64,000 nucleotides of DNA from Methanothrix sp. GTDB taxonomy: Archaea; Halobacteriota; Methanosarcinia; Methanotrichales; Methanotrichaceae. Shown in pieces: positions 40,125-49,565 of this stretch; within the stretch, counting starts at the first letter, position 1; each line of letters starts with the position of its first letter. Made by a program: the position numbers and the translations under genes. The notes under the pieces were generated by a model. That model searched no databases. It was not told where the DNA came from and saw only the letters and a program-made list of their open reading frames with translations. Where the stretch lies: positions 50,591 through 114,590 of the forward strand of contig JAXGJB010000002.1 of the NCBI GenBank assembly GCA_040770465.1, in the 5' to 3' direction.

Positions 40125-41240
40125 TTACTCGGGCGGGGCGAAAGTAACCCTGGTGCTCCACCCGCAGCTGACCTCCACCTCGCCGTTCCACCCCTCCTTT
40201 GCCATGCCGTCGAATAGCTCGATCTTGGAGCCGAGGTCGAGGCTCTCGATCAGCCGGACGTGGTCGTTCCAGAGGGTGACCCTAACCCTTCCGGAGTCGT
40301 CTGAGACGTAGATGTTGGCGACCCGTCCGACGGTCCCGCCATCCCGCTCAAACTCCCGGATCTCGCCGAGGCCGGTGACAAAACCCGATATGCTGTAGAT
40401 CGATCCGGGAGCGATCTCCGATATGGGTGTGATCTTCTCTTCGTAGGAGACGGCAACGTCGCTCTTTCTCACCGCCGAGTAGCCGCCGGCCTGGATCTCC
40501 ACCTGACCGTACCTCTCCCGGGATACGGCGTTTGTCACCTCCAGGGTATCTCCCTCTGCGATCTCCATCTCCGCCTTCTCGTTCCAGAGGGTGAGCCTGA
40601 TCTTCCCCGAACCGTCCCCCAGGACGACGGACCTGACGAGGCCTGAAGAGCCGTCTCGCCGGGAGAACTCCCTGACCGTTCCGGCGTCGACGACCTTTGC
40701 GAGGATGTTGATCTCCCCCATGTCGGCCCTGACCTCCGAGATCTTGAAGGGCTCGATCCGGATCTTGATCTCGACCTCCACCTCCTCAAGGCCGCCCCGG
40801 TCCACCGTCACCTCGGTCCCGAAGTAACCCTCCCGGGTGAAGCCACGGACTCTGAAGGTCTGACCGAGACGCAGCTCGCCCTGGGACACGGGCTCCGAGA
40901 GCTCGTCCCAGAGGACGATCCTGACGGTGCCGGTCTCATCGCCCATGGTGAGGTTTGCGACCCTCCCGGCGGAGCCGTCGCTTCGGGGAAACTCGTGGAC
41001 CTCTGAGATGGAAATTATCTTGCCGACGAAGGTGACCTTTCCGGTCTCGGGCCTGACCCGTTCGATCTTCAGCTCCACCTCGCCGAACTCCCGGGCGACG
41101 AGCATCGCCGCCGTCCTCCGGTCGCAGAGCTCGCCCATCAGCTGGACCTTCTCTTCGACCTTCAGCTCGAACTCCTCGGCCGAGATCTGACCGGATATCG
41201 AGTCGTAGATCTCTCCGATCTCCCGGTCCACGATATCCAC
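40125..41240 (-). CDS. rpa: Replication protein A-like ssDNA-binding protein (three OB folds)
   Basis: Three repeats of EF.R.DG..G.V....GD.(T/S)G.(V/I)R..LW; start approximate. Confidence 0.88.
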   Translation of the reverse strand: MDIVDREIGEIYDSISGQISAEEFELKVEEKVQLMGELCDRRTAAMLVAREFGEVELKIERVRPETGKVTFVGKIISISEVHEFPRSDGSAGRVANLTMGDETGTVRIVLWDELSEPVSQGELRLGQTFRVRGFTREGYFGTEVTVDRGGLEEVEVEIKIRIEPFKISEVRADMGEINILAKVVDAGTVREFSRRDGSSGLVRSVVLGDGSGKIRLTLWNEKAEMEIAEGDTLEVTNAVSRERYGQVEIQAGGYSAVRKSDVAVSYEEKITPISEIAPGSIYSISGFVTGLGEIREFERDGGTVGRVANIYVSDDSGRVRVTLWNDHVRLIESLDLGSKIELFDGMAKEGWNGEVEVSCGWSTRVTFAPPE

Positions 41241-41242
41241 CT

Positions 41243-42973
41243 TCAGGCTTTCCCAGCAGGGGCCGACGTCCCGGTTGGCGGCCGGAGGTAGCTGGCGTCG
41301 CACCGGGTGACGAAGATGTCGCAGACCTCGTTCGGGTCGCCGTCCGACGCTATCTTTCCGTTCTCGATGAGTATCGCCCTGTGTGATATCTCCCGGACGA
41401 AGTCGACGTGGTGGCTGACTATGAGGATGGTGGTCCCGTACTCGGCGTTGATCTTCTTCATGGCGTTTGAGACTCCTCTGAGGGTTATGGGGTCGATGTC
41501 CCCGAAGGGCTCGTCGAGGATGAGGATCTTGGGGTTTGAGGCCATGAGGAGGGCGATGGAGACCCTCACCTTCTCCCCGCCGCTGAGCTGGTGGGGGTAC
41601 TTGTCCAGGACCGAAAGGTCGAGGTCCAGAACCCTGAAGACCGGCTCTGCGTACTTCTTCGCCTCCGTCGCCGGAAACCGGGGGAAGAGCTCGCCGAATA
41701 CCTCTTTGGTGAGGCCGAGCTTGTCCAGAACCGCTTTCGCCTCCTCCTCCATCATGTCGGTGAGGGTGTAGATGACGTCCAGGACCTTGTCGCTGATCTC
41801 GAGTTCCTCGGCCTTCTTCCTGGCGTGATCGACGACGTCCTGACCCTTCACCCCCAGCTTGTAGCCGATCTGCTCCAGGACCGTCTCATTGGGGTAGAGG
41901 GCGAACTCCTGGTACATTATGCCAATATTCCTCCGGACCGCCATCCTCTCCCGCGAGTACTCCACCATGTCCACCCAGCCGTCGCCGAGCCGGTAGAAGA
42001 CTGAGCCCTCGTCGGGTTTTGCTATCCCCTGAACGATCTTGAGAAGGGTGGTCTTTCCGGCGCCGCTGGCCCCGATGAGGGATGTTATCTCTCCCTCCCG
42101 GATCTCCAGGTTCAGGTCCTCGATCCTGAGAACCTCACCGGTGCCGACGATGTAGTTTCTCTTGTAGAGGTCCACGATCCTGATGGCGGGGGGTGCGTCG
42201 TGCCTCGGCGCCAGGGGTTCAGCCTCGCCGAGGAGGGACAGGAATCGCGATAAGATCTCATCGGGCTTCCCCTCCTCCCGGATCTTTCCTCCGTCAAGCC
42301 AGATCAGCCTGTCAGCCAGGTACCTGTGAACCTCGGGGAGGTGGGATACGACGACGGTGGTGATCCCAAGCTCCCGGTTTACGTTCTTGATGGCGTCGAG
42401 AACCTCCTGCTTTGTAGCCGGACATGCCATGGTGGCGGGCTCGTCCAGGAGGAGAAGCTTCGGCTTTTTGGCGAGCTGCCTTGCGATAAGAAGCCTCTGC
42501 TTCTCTCCGCCGCTGAGGATGGTGGCGAGATGCTTCGCCTTCCTCTCCAGGCCCACGAGCTTCAGGTACCCCATCGCCTCGGCCATCACCTCTTCATACT
42601 CGGGATTGTACTCCGTTGGGATCGTCTCGTAACCGGTCTTCCGGGAGTAGATCCGCTTGGCCACGTTGTTGAGGGCCGACTCCGTCCAGAGGCCGAAGTC
42701 CCTCTGGAGGTGGATCGCGGTGATCTGCCTCTGTTTCTGCACCAGTTCCGGCCCCGCATCGGGCGATATATCGAGGCCGTCGATCTCGATCCTGCCGGAG
42801 TCGAAGGTCTCGATGCCCCGTAGGATCTTCATCAGAGTGCTCTTGCCGCTGCCGCTCTTCCCCACGATCCCCAGGATCTCTCCTTCTTTTGCGGTGAAGC
42901 TCACGCCTTTGAGGGCTTTTACCTCGCGATCTTTCAGCTGGTAGACTTTGGATAGGTTCTCAACCTGGAGCAA
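41243..42973 (-). CDS. Twin-ABC ATPase related to methyl-CoM reductase component A2 (AtwA-like)
   Basis: Two Walker A motifs (GKSGSGKS, GASGAGKT), LSGGEKQR/LSGGEKVR, HLQRDFGL, LDEPFGDIDPIT; no TM segments. Confidence 0.8.
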   Translation of the reverse strand: MLQVENLSKVYQLKDREVKALKGVSFTAKEGEILGIVGKSGSGKSTLMKILRGIETFDSGRIEIDGLDISPDAGPELVQKQRQITAIHLQRDFGLWTESALNNVAKRIYSRKTGYETIPTEYNPEYEEVMAEAMGYLKLVGLERKAKHLATILSGGEKQRLLIARQLAKKPKLLLLDEPATMACPATKQEVLDAIKNVNRELGITTVVVSHLPEVHRYLADRLIWLDGGKIREEGKPDEILSRFLSLLGEAEPLAPRHDAPPAIRIVDLYKRNYIVGTGEVLRIEDLNLEIREGEITSLIGASGAGKTTLLKIVQGIAKPDEGSVFYRLGDGWVDMVEYSRERMAVRRNIGIMYQEFALYPNETVLEQIGYKLGVKGQDVVDHARKKAEELEISDKVLDVIYTLTDMMEEEAKAVLDKLGLTKEVFGELFPRFPATEAKKYAEPVFRVLDLDLSVLDKYPHQLSGGEKVRVSIALLMASNPKILILDEPFGDIDPITLRGVSNAMKKINAEYGTTILIVSHHVDFVREISHRAILIENGKIASDGDPNEVCDIFVTRCDASYLRPPTGTSAPAGKA

Positions 42974-43069
42974 TATCAGGACCTCCTATTATTTTTCATT
43001 TCATCATATATAATCATATACATACACACAATCTCTCGCCGCAAGTTTTGCGCCGTCGGACATTTCCGA

Positions 43070-43117
43070 GCCTGTTACGTTGCCTGGTTACGTGCCCGGT
43101 TACGTGGCTGGCTATGT
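43070..43117. repeat. 12-bp imperfect tandem repeat x4, consensus GCCTGGTTACGT
   Basis: gcctgttacgtt gcctggttacgt gcccggttacgt ggctggctatgt. Confidence 0.75.
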
Positions 43118-43231
43118 GTCCATCCTCCCTCGCAGAAGCTTCAGACGTTATCGGCGCTCTGCATGGGGCCCAAAGGAGCAAACGCCCCGGATCGGCGGTG
43201 GACCCCGCCGAGGGCCATCCGTCCGGAGGGC

Positions 43232-45256
43232 TCACCGGATCTTCGTTCCCGGCGGGACGTCCTTCTCCGGGCCGAGGATGACGGCGGCGTCCTTCAGGTC
43301 TGCGGCCAGGAGCATCCCCTGAGACTCGACCCCGAATAGCTTTGCAGGCTCGAGGTTTGCGAGGACGACGATCCGTCGGCCCACCAGATCTTCGGGACGG
43401 TGGGTTTTTGCGATCCCGGCAACGATCTGCCTATTCTCTGAGCCGATGTCGACCTTCAGGCGGAGGAGCTTATCAGACCCCTTGATCCCCTCGGCCTCCA
43501 GCACCACCCCGACTCTGATGTCGAGGCGCTTGAACTCTTCGAACTTTATGACTTCCATCTTCTCTTCACCCGTCTTTCCGCCCTTCTTCGCCTCGATGGC
43601 GGCTATCCTCTCCCTGAATACGTCGTCTAGGCCGGATACGAGGGAGTCGTCCATCTTGTTGAAGATGTGCTCTGGAGCCCCAAGTCGCCTTCCCGCCTCG
43701 ATAGGGGCGAGGGCGTCGTCGAAGGAGGCTTCTGCGGCGGTTCCATCAAGCCCCAGCTGTCTCCAGGCCGACTCCATCTTCGCCGGCATAACCGGCTGAA
43801 GGATGATCGAGAGGGCTTTGGCGATCAAAAGGCAGTTTCTCAATACGGCGCCGCAGCGGGCCCGATCGGTTTTGGCGAGCTTCCAGGGCTCGTTCGCCTG
43901 GAAGTAGGTGTTCCCATAGTCGGCTAGGGCCATCGCCCCGTCGGCCATCTTCTTGAACTCGTACTCTGCGATGGCGGCCTTCACCTCGTTGAGGGTCGCT
44001 TCGATCTTCGCCGTCACCTCGGGGTCGATCTCGCCTTCTGGAACCGACCTGTCGAAGTTCTTGGAGGTGAAGGTGACGGCCCGGTTGACGAAGTTGCCGA
44101 GGGCCCCCACCAGCTCGCCGTTGACCTTCTCTCCGAAGACCTTCCAGGAGAAGTTCAGCTCCTTGGTGTGGGAGGTGTAGGATGCGAGGTAGTACCGGAG
44201 GAGGTCGGGGTGGAGCCCTTTGTCCAGATAATCGTCGATCACCCAGACGACGTACCCTCTGCTCTTGGAGAATGTCTTGTTGTCGATCTTGAGCATGCCG
44301 CTGGCGACGACGGCGCTGGGTAGGGTGTAGCCCGCCCCCAACAGCATCGCCGGCCAGAAGATGCAGTGGTGGTAGACTATGTCGCCTCCGATGAAGTGGA
44401 CGATTCGAGAGGGGCGTCTCCAGTAGCTCTCCCAATCGCCCCCCGCCCGCTTCGCCCACTCCTCGGTGAAGGAGATGTAGCCGATGGGCGCGTCCACCCA
44501 GACGTAGACGACCAGGCCCTCAGAGCCTGGGAACTTGACCCCCCAGTCGAGGTTTCGGGTGATGCACCAGTCCTTCAGCTCCTGCTTGACCCACTCGAGG
44601 GCGTAGTTTCTGGCGTTCTGGGTACCTCCAAGCCCTTCGAGGTACTCGATGAGAAAGTCGCTGAAGGACGAGAGCCGGAAGAAGTAGTGTTTCTGGGTCC
44701 GGTACTCGGCTCCGCTGCCGCAGACCTTGCAGACCGGCTCCTCGATCTCGCCGGGCTCCAGGTGGCGGCCGCATCCCTGGTCGCACTCGTCGCCCCGAGC
44801 GGGCGAGCCGCAGTAGGGGCAGGTCCCCTCGACGTATCTGTCGGGGAGGAAACGATCGCAGGATGGGCAGTAGGCGAGCTGAATATCCTGGGGGTAGACG
44901 TACCCCTCTTTCATCAGGGCTTCGACGATCGATTGTGTCCGGTGGTGGTTTGAGGGGTCGTCGGTGTTTCCGAAGTAGTCGAACTCCACCTCCATCCGCC
45001 GGAAGACGTCGTCGAAGTGGTCGTGGTATCGGGTGACAAGCTCCGTGGGGGTCGTCCCCCTCTCCTCGGCATTGACGACGATCGGCGTCCCGTGGGAGTC
45101 GGAGCCGCAGATGAAGATGGGCTTTTTTCCCATCTTCTTCAGCCCCCGGACGTAGATGTCGGCGGGGACGTAGGTTCTAAGGTGGCCGATGTGACAGGGG
45201 CCGTTGGCGTAGGGCAGTCCGCAGGTTACGAGTATGGGAAGTTCGGATGGAGCCAA
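43232..45256 (-). CDS. metG: Methionyl-tRNA synthetase with C-terminal tRNA-binding domain
   Basis: [12 protein letters not shown], Zn knuckles, [16 protein letters not shown]-terminal [17 protein letters not shown]; start approximate. Confidence 0.97.
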   Translation of the reverse strand: MAPSELPILVTCGLPYANGPCHIGHLRTYVPADIYVRGLKKMGKKPIFICGSDSHGTPIVVNAEERGTTPTELVTRYHDHFDDVFRRMEVEFDYFGNTDDPSNHHRTQSIVEALMKEGYVYPQDIQLAYCPSCDRFLPDRYVEGTCPYCGSPARGDECDQGCGRHLEPGEIEEPVCKVCGSGAEYRTQKHYFFRLSSFSDFLIEYLEGLGGTQNARNYALEWVKQELKDWCITRNLDWGVKFPGSEGLVVYVWVDAPIGYISFTEEWAKRAGGDWESYWRRPSRIVHFIGGDIVYHHCIFWPAMLLGAGYTLPSAVVASGMLKIDNKTFSKSRGYVVWVIDDYLDKGLHPDLLRYYLASYTSHTKELNFSWKVFGEKVNGELVGALGNFVNRAVTFTSKNFDRSVPEGEIDPEVTAKIEATLNEVKAAIAEYEFKKMADGAMALADYGNTYFQANEPWKLAKTDRARCGAVLRNCLLIAKALSIILQPVMPAKMESAWRQLGLDGTAAEASFDDALAPIEAGRRLGAPEHIFNKMDDSLVSGLDDVFRERIAAIEAKKGGKTGEEKMEVIKFEEFKRLDIRVGVVLEAEGIKGSDKLLRLKVDIGSENRQIVAGIAKTHRPEDLVGRRIVVLANLEPAKLFGVESQGMLLAADLKDAAVILGPEKDVPPGTKIR

Positions 45257-45492
45257 ATCAGAACACCTAGCGAGGGCTATGCCCAAACCTCCTGATATAC
45301 GTTTCCCATCTTGAAAATTGAGAGATCCGAATCGAGGACGGAAGGCTTGGAGGGACGATCACCTCGTCGAAAAACCCCCGCCTTCCAGTGCCCCTCCGAG
45401 AGGACCTTTATGAGCGCCAAGGTCCTGGGTGATCCGCCCTCCAGAAGCCCTGCAAGTTTGCTCAAACCCACGGACTCTAAGTCATTTTAGAA

Positions 45493-45870
45493 CTAATTGG
45501 CCTCCCATGCTCCTCGGTATGCTTCCAAATCAAACTGAACCTCGTTCAGGTGAGCGGCGACCTCCTGATCGAAGGTAAGGCTTTCGACCCTTTCACACGG
45601 GCACGGGGCTTCAATCTCTCTTGCCTCATCGCCATTTACAAACTCCATGCTGACCGCGCCTGTGGGGCCCTTCATCACTGCCACTCCGAACCTGCCGTCC
45701 TCCTGGAAAGTCATGGAGGGGTTCAGGATGGCGTCATCGATGGGGGCGATTTCCATCATCTTAGGGACCCCTACTCCGTCCACGCCCCCGCCTCCACAGC
45801 AGCAGCCGTCCGCCGCGGTCGAGAGGAGCGTGGCCGCCAGCACCAGCAAAACTATCGATCTCATCTTCAT
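45493..45870 (-). CDS. Secreted/lipoprotein-like hypothetical protein with CCC motif
   Basis: Signal peptide followed by GCCCGGGG; later CPC; GGGAG RBS. Confidence 0.65.
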   Translation of the reverse strand: MKMRSIVLLVLAATLLSTAADGCCCGGGGVDGVGVPKMMEIAPIDDAILNPSMTFQEDGRFGVAVMKGPTGAVSMEFVNGDEAREIEAPCPCERVESLTFDQEVAAHLNEVQFDLEAYRGAWEAN

Positions 45871-45981
45871 TGCAACTCCCTTTCTTCAATGCAGGTTTTT
45901 GACAACCTGGGATATGACATGTCGGGAGAAGCTAAAAAATCCATCGGATACTATTTGTGGGCCGGTGCCTCAAAAACTTTT

Positions 45982-46482
45982 TCATCCTAACCTAACACCC
46001 AGAGCACGCATCATCTGAAACGTGTCAACATACTCAACACCGAACGCTTTGCATGCGTTCGGGATCATAATTTCATTCTTTGCCTCAGGACGGAACTGCT
46101 CATGGGTGACCACGATGCAATCCTTGGCCAGCGCATACGCCACCAACCACCCATCCGCTGCGCGGGCAAATTCGTTTTTGGCCGACTCGGTAAATTGGAC
46201 CTGACTTTGAGACCAGACCATGATCTCGCGGTAAGCCTCGGTTATCGCTTTTTCGTCTGTTGAGGCGAAGAACTGATGAAAACTGCCACTGGCCCAATCT
46301 GAAAGCTCGTCGCCACCCCGCTTAAGCTCACTCTCAACGCAGTCGATGCTAAGCAGCCTGCCGTTTTTGGCATTATTGATCAGTGCGTTCCAAAAGGGCG
46401 GCGCGATGTCGAAGGCGTAGTAGCGACGATGCGCCTCGATGAAGATGTTGGCATCGAGAAGAAAGGGGCGAGAGAAGGTCAC
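45982..46482 (-). CDS. DUF4411 family PIN-like protein
   Basis: FLLDANIFIEAHRRYYAFD..FW, ADGWLVAYA, VVTHE, IPNAC. Confidence 0.88.
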   Translation of the reverse strand: MTFSRPFLLDANIFIEAHRRYYAFDIAPPFWNALINNAKNGRLLSIDCVESELKRGGDELSDWASGSFHQFFASTDEKAITEAYREIMVWSQSQVQFTESAKNEFARAADGWLVAYALAKDCIVVTHEQFRPEAKNEIMIPNACKAFGVEYVDTFQMMRALGVRLG

Positions 46483-47633
46483 GGGGCCCCTCCGGTGGCG
46501 AGGGACTGGGCGTATCTCTCAAAGGTGTTTCCGTAGAGCCCTGTCAGATGATACGCATCACGATAAAGAAGTCTGCCTTCCCTGGCGGCACCTATCACTA
46601 CCCGGGCAAAGCGTCGGCCTATTCTCAAGTTCTGGTTGGCGTAGAAATTGCCGCCTTCCTGGCCCTGGCTGGCGGCAGCAGCCTGCTCTTTTTTCTGATA
46701 GTCTTGGTAAAAATCTAGATACTCGGTTTTCGTGATGAGCCCTAGATCTAACGCTCGGCGGACGACAACGAGTTCGCTGACTTTGAAGTGGCGAGCTACA
46801 ACCTGATAGGGCTTCAGCTCTTGTTTTGCGGAAGGCCAAATGTCGCGTAGCTGGCTTTTAGGTACCAGAAACTCCGCAGCAACGCGGTTACACGCCAGCT
46901 CCGTTTTATCGTCAGCGGGCTGAAGTTCCCGCAGGTCGAAGGCTGCACTGCTACCGAACCAGACGTGTGCCAGCTCGTGAGCCAGGGTGAACATCTGGGC
47001 AGCCTTGCCATCCGCACCGTTTACGAAGACAAGCGGAGCATATTCATCCACCAGGACGAAGCCTCGAAACTCGGCAGGGTCTAACTTCCGATGGGTGTTG
47101 TTGCCGACAATGCCATTCACCACCACCAGGATACCGGCTTCCTCCATCCTGTTGCGAAGCTGCCTGAGCGCGTCCGTCCAGGTGCTATTGCCGGCAGCCC
47201 ATCCGTCAGCGAGGCCCAGTGTCTCTCGCATCTCGACGGCGAGCCTCTCAGGTTCGACGGTGGTCTCTGCCGAACTGACGAAGCTCAGCGGCTCATTGCC
47301 CTCTTCGATCAGATATTCTCTCATCCAGGCCTGGCGCCGCTCCATCATCTGGACCGTCTCCAGGAGGTCGGGACTGGGACGGTGCAGACTCCCATCGCCG
47401 AGGGTGCGGAAATGGGGGATTGGAAGCCTCTCTTCGGGAGGATCTGGAAGGAAGAAATACCCCAGCGGGGTCGAGGTGGCCTTTGCGAAAGCCTCAAGTT
47501 GACGCAGCGTCGGCTGGCTCTCACCGCTCAGCCACTCGGGGAGCTTGGGGAACCTCCGCTCAAGTTTCGCTCTCTGGCCCGAGCGCTCTAGCGCCCAGCT
47601 AATAACAGGCCCCCTAACGGGTATTCTCGTCAT
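46479..47633 (-). CDS. XRE-HTH + ImmA/IrrE (peptidase M78) metallo-endopeptidase
   Basis: W.SGE.QPTLRQL HTH, GNNTHR.L...EFRGF, FTLAHELAH (HExxH), E..CN.VAAEFLVP, FKVSE. Confidence 0.92.
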   Translation of the reverse strand: MTRIPVRGPVISWALERSGQRAKLERRFPKLPEWLSGESQPTLRQLEAFAKATSTPLGYFFLPDPPEERLPIPHFRTLGDGSLHRPSPDLLETVQMMERRQAWMREYLIEEGNEPLSFVSSAETTVEPERLAVEMRETLGLADGWAAGNSTWTDALRQLRNRMEEAGILVVVNGIVGNNTHRKLDPAEFRGFVLVDEYAPLVFVNGADGKAAQMFTLAHELAHVWFGSSAAFDLRELQPADDKTELACNRVAAEFLVPKSQLRDIWPSAKQELKPYQVVARHFKVSELVVVRRALDLGLITKTEYLDFYQDYQKKEQAAAASQGQEGGNFYANQNLRIGRRFARVVIGAAREGRLLYRDAYHLTGLYGNTFERYAQSLATGGAP

Positions 47634-47933
47634 TCCGCACGATCCATGATGAGTGATCATTCGACTTTAGGATTTGCCTCGGTGGGTTCAGTCAGCGAGA
47701 TTACCCAAGACGACCTTGCTCAGCCAGTCTCGCGACTTAGAATCCCTCGATTTCATGGGTAACTAGCAGGTTTAAATTTGTTTGGTAAAACCATATATCT
47801 CCAGCATCAGATCGCAGGATGTACGTCAGCAAAAAAAACTCACTAAACCAAGAATAATGCTCCTATCCAGACGGCAAATCCTGCCCAAATTGAAAACATG
47901 TATGTGAGTTGTTAAATATACGTTGAAAAGAAG

Positions 47934-48029
47934 CGCCGAGGGGGAGGCTCGAACTCCCGCGACCCTTACGGATCACAAGCTTTCAGTGCAGAATTCCAGG
48001 CTTGCGCCTTACCACTAGACTACCTCGGC
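47934..48029 (-). tRNA. tRNA-Ser (anticodon GGA) with 12-nt intron at 37/38 (47982-47993)
   Basis: Revcomp GCCGAGG TA GTCTAGTGGTAAGGC G CAAGC CT GGA A [TTCTGCACTGAA] A GCTTG, long variable arm, GGGAG TTCGAGC CTCCC CCTCGGC G. Confidence 0.9.
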
Positions 48030-48049
48030 ACGATTTCGACACGATTACA

Positions 48050-49048
48050 TTACGACTTTTTGGCCCACATCTTCGGATACGTCCCCGGAGCCATGACGAC
48101 CCTCGAGGTCTTGGCCACGATCCCGGTGGTGGACTTCATCATATCCTCGCTCTTCATGGCGGCCTGGGCCACGGCAACAGCCTCTCCTTTCAGGGTATAA
48201 ATAACTACCTTCTCCCCCACCTCTATCCCCGATTCGAGGCTGAGGAGCCCCGGCGCCGCCAGGGGCGCCCCGTGACAGATGGCGTCGACGGCGCCGTCGC
48301 TGACGACGAGAGCTGGCATGTGCCGGAGGGCCGCCTCCACCGGCTGGATCGCACGCCGGAGAGGGACCTCGTTGCCGGTCTCCCGCCAGACCTCCTTCGC
48401 GTCCTTGAGGTCGTGAAGGGTTACCAGGGTCTCGTCCTCGCGGAATGGCCCGCTCTTCGTCCTCCGGAGCTCCTCCATGTGAGCCCCGGAACCCAGGGCG
48501 AGGCCGATGTCGTGGCATAGCTTTCTGATGTATGTTCCCGCCTCGCAGCCGACCCGGAATAAGACGCTCGGCCCCTCGATCTCCAGGACTTCCAGGTAGT
48601 AGATCTCCCTCGTTCGAAGGGCTCTTTTGACGCTGGACTTGAGGGGCGGCCGCTGGTAGATGACGCCGGAAAACTCGCTGCAGACTTCAAGGACGCTCTT
48701 TCGGGGGAGGGTCGCGTGAAGCCGCATCAGGCATACGTACTCTTTGCCGGCCGAGAGGAGGGTCTCTACGACCCTCGTCGAGTCGCCGAGCATCGTCGGG
48801 AGGATTCCCGTCACCTTGGGGTCGAGGGTGCCGCTGTGGCCTGCACTCTCGATCTCCAGGATCCTCTTCACCCAGGCCACCACCTCGTGGCTGGTGGGTC
48901 CCGGCGGCTTGTCGAGGTTTATGCAGCCGAGCCTGATGTGTTGGTCCAGGGGTCGCTCCTCTGGAGAAGAACCGTATCTCGGGTCGGTCCTACCCTCCCT
49001 CCGGACGAGAACCTCCCGGGGCCGATCAGACGGCAGAGCTTTTGGCAT
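48050..49048 (-). CDS. cbf5: RNA-guided pseudouridine synthase Cbf5 (TruB)
   Basis: NLDKPPGPTSHEV, GHSGTLDPKVTG, GTYIRKLCHD, PUA domain. Confidence 0.97.
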   Translation of the reverse strand: MPKALPSDRPREVLVRREGRTDPRYGSSPEERPLDQHIRLGCINLDKPPGPTSHEVVAWVKRILEIESAGHSGTLDPKVTGILPTMLGDSTRVVETLLSAGKEYVCLMRLHATLPRKSVLEVCSEFSGVIYQRPPLKSSVKRALRTREIYYLEVLEIEGPSVLFRVGCEAGTYIRKLCHDIGLALGSGAHMEELRRTKSGPFREDETLVTLHDLKDAKEVWRETGNEVPLRRAIQPVEAALRHMPALVVSDGAVDAICHGAPLAAPGLLSLESGIEVGEKVVIYTLKGEAVAVAQAAMKSEDMMKSTTGIVAKTSRVVMAPGTYPKMWAKKS

Positions 49049-49565
49049 CTTCGATGGACCTCACAGCAGCGAGGACGATGGCTACGACGCCTTTCTCGTC
49101 CCAGGTTCCGGTATCTATCACCAGGTCGTAGACGGAGAAGTCGTTGACGTTCAGGTTGTAGTACTTCTCGTACCTTCTCGCCTCGCACTCCTCCCGGACC
49201 CTCGACTCCCGGAGGGCGTCTTCTACTAGCTTATTCTCCCGGGATGCGATCCTCTCGGCCCTGACCCTCCGGTCGGCCTTGAGGAGGATCTTCAGATCGG
49301 CGTCCAGGATGTGGCCTGAGAGCCTCCCCTCAAAGATCCCACCAGCCTCTGCCGCCATCGCCCTCTGGGCGTCGTCGATGAGGTAGTCGATCTCGGGGCC
49401 TTCCTCTGCGATCCGGCCCAGCTCTCCTACGGAGACCCCTCGATCGCTGGCGATCTTTCGAAATAGCTCCCCCGAGTTGACCCAGCGGAGGCCGAGCTCT
49501 CGAGATAGCAAGCGGGATAGGGTGCTGGTCCCGGTTCCGGGTGGGCCGCTGACTGTTATGATCAT
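49026..49565 (-). CDS. cmk: Cytidylate kinase
   Basis: ITVSGPPGTGTST, EGRLSG, YDLVIDT; canonical position before cbf5. Confidence 0.93.
   Translation of the reverse strand: MIITVSGPPGTGTSTLSRLLSRELGLRWVNSGELFRKIASDRGVSVGELGRIAEEGPEIDYLIDDAQRAMAAEAGGIFEGRLSGHILDADLKILLKADRRVRAERIASRENKLVEDALRESRVREECEARRYEKYYNLNVNDFSVYDLVIDTGTWDEKGVVAIVLAAVRSIEDAKSSAV

Noticed and set aside
42976-43007. Box C/D-like pair (ATGATGA...CTGA, minus strand) around the ATPase RBS
   Set aside because: Box C directly abuts the probable TATA box, so it is likely not transcribed
43080-43322. ORF MPGYVPGYVAGYV...
   Set aside because: Translation of the 12-bp repeat; overlaps the metG 3' end antisense and has no RBS
45277-45471. 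64-aa ORF upstream of metG
   Set aside because: No recognisable motif or RBS; probably metG promoter region, though not excluded
45860-45990. att duplicate of the tRNA-Ser 3' end bounding the ImmA/PIN islet
   Set aside because: No copy of cgccgagggggagg found
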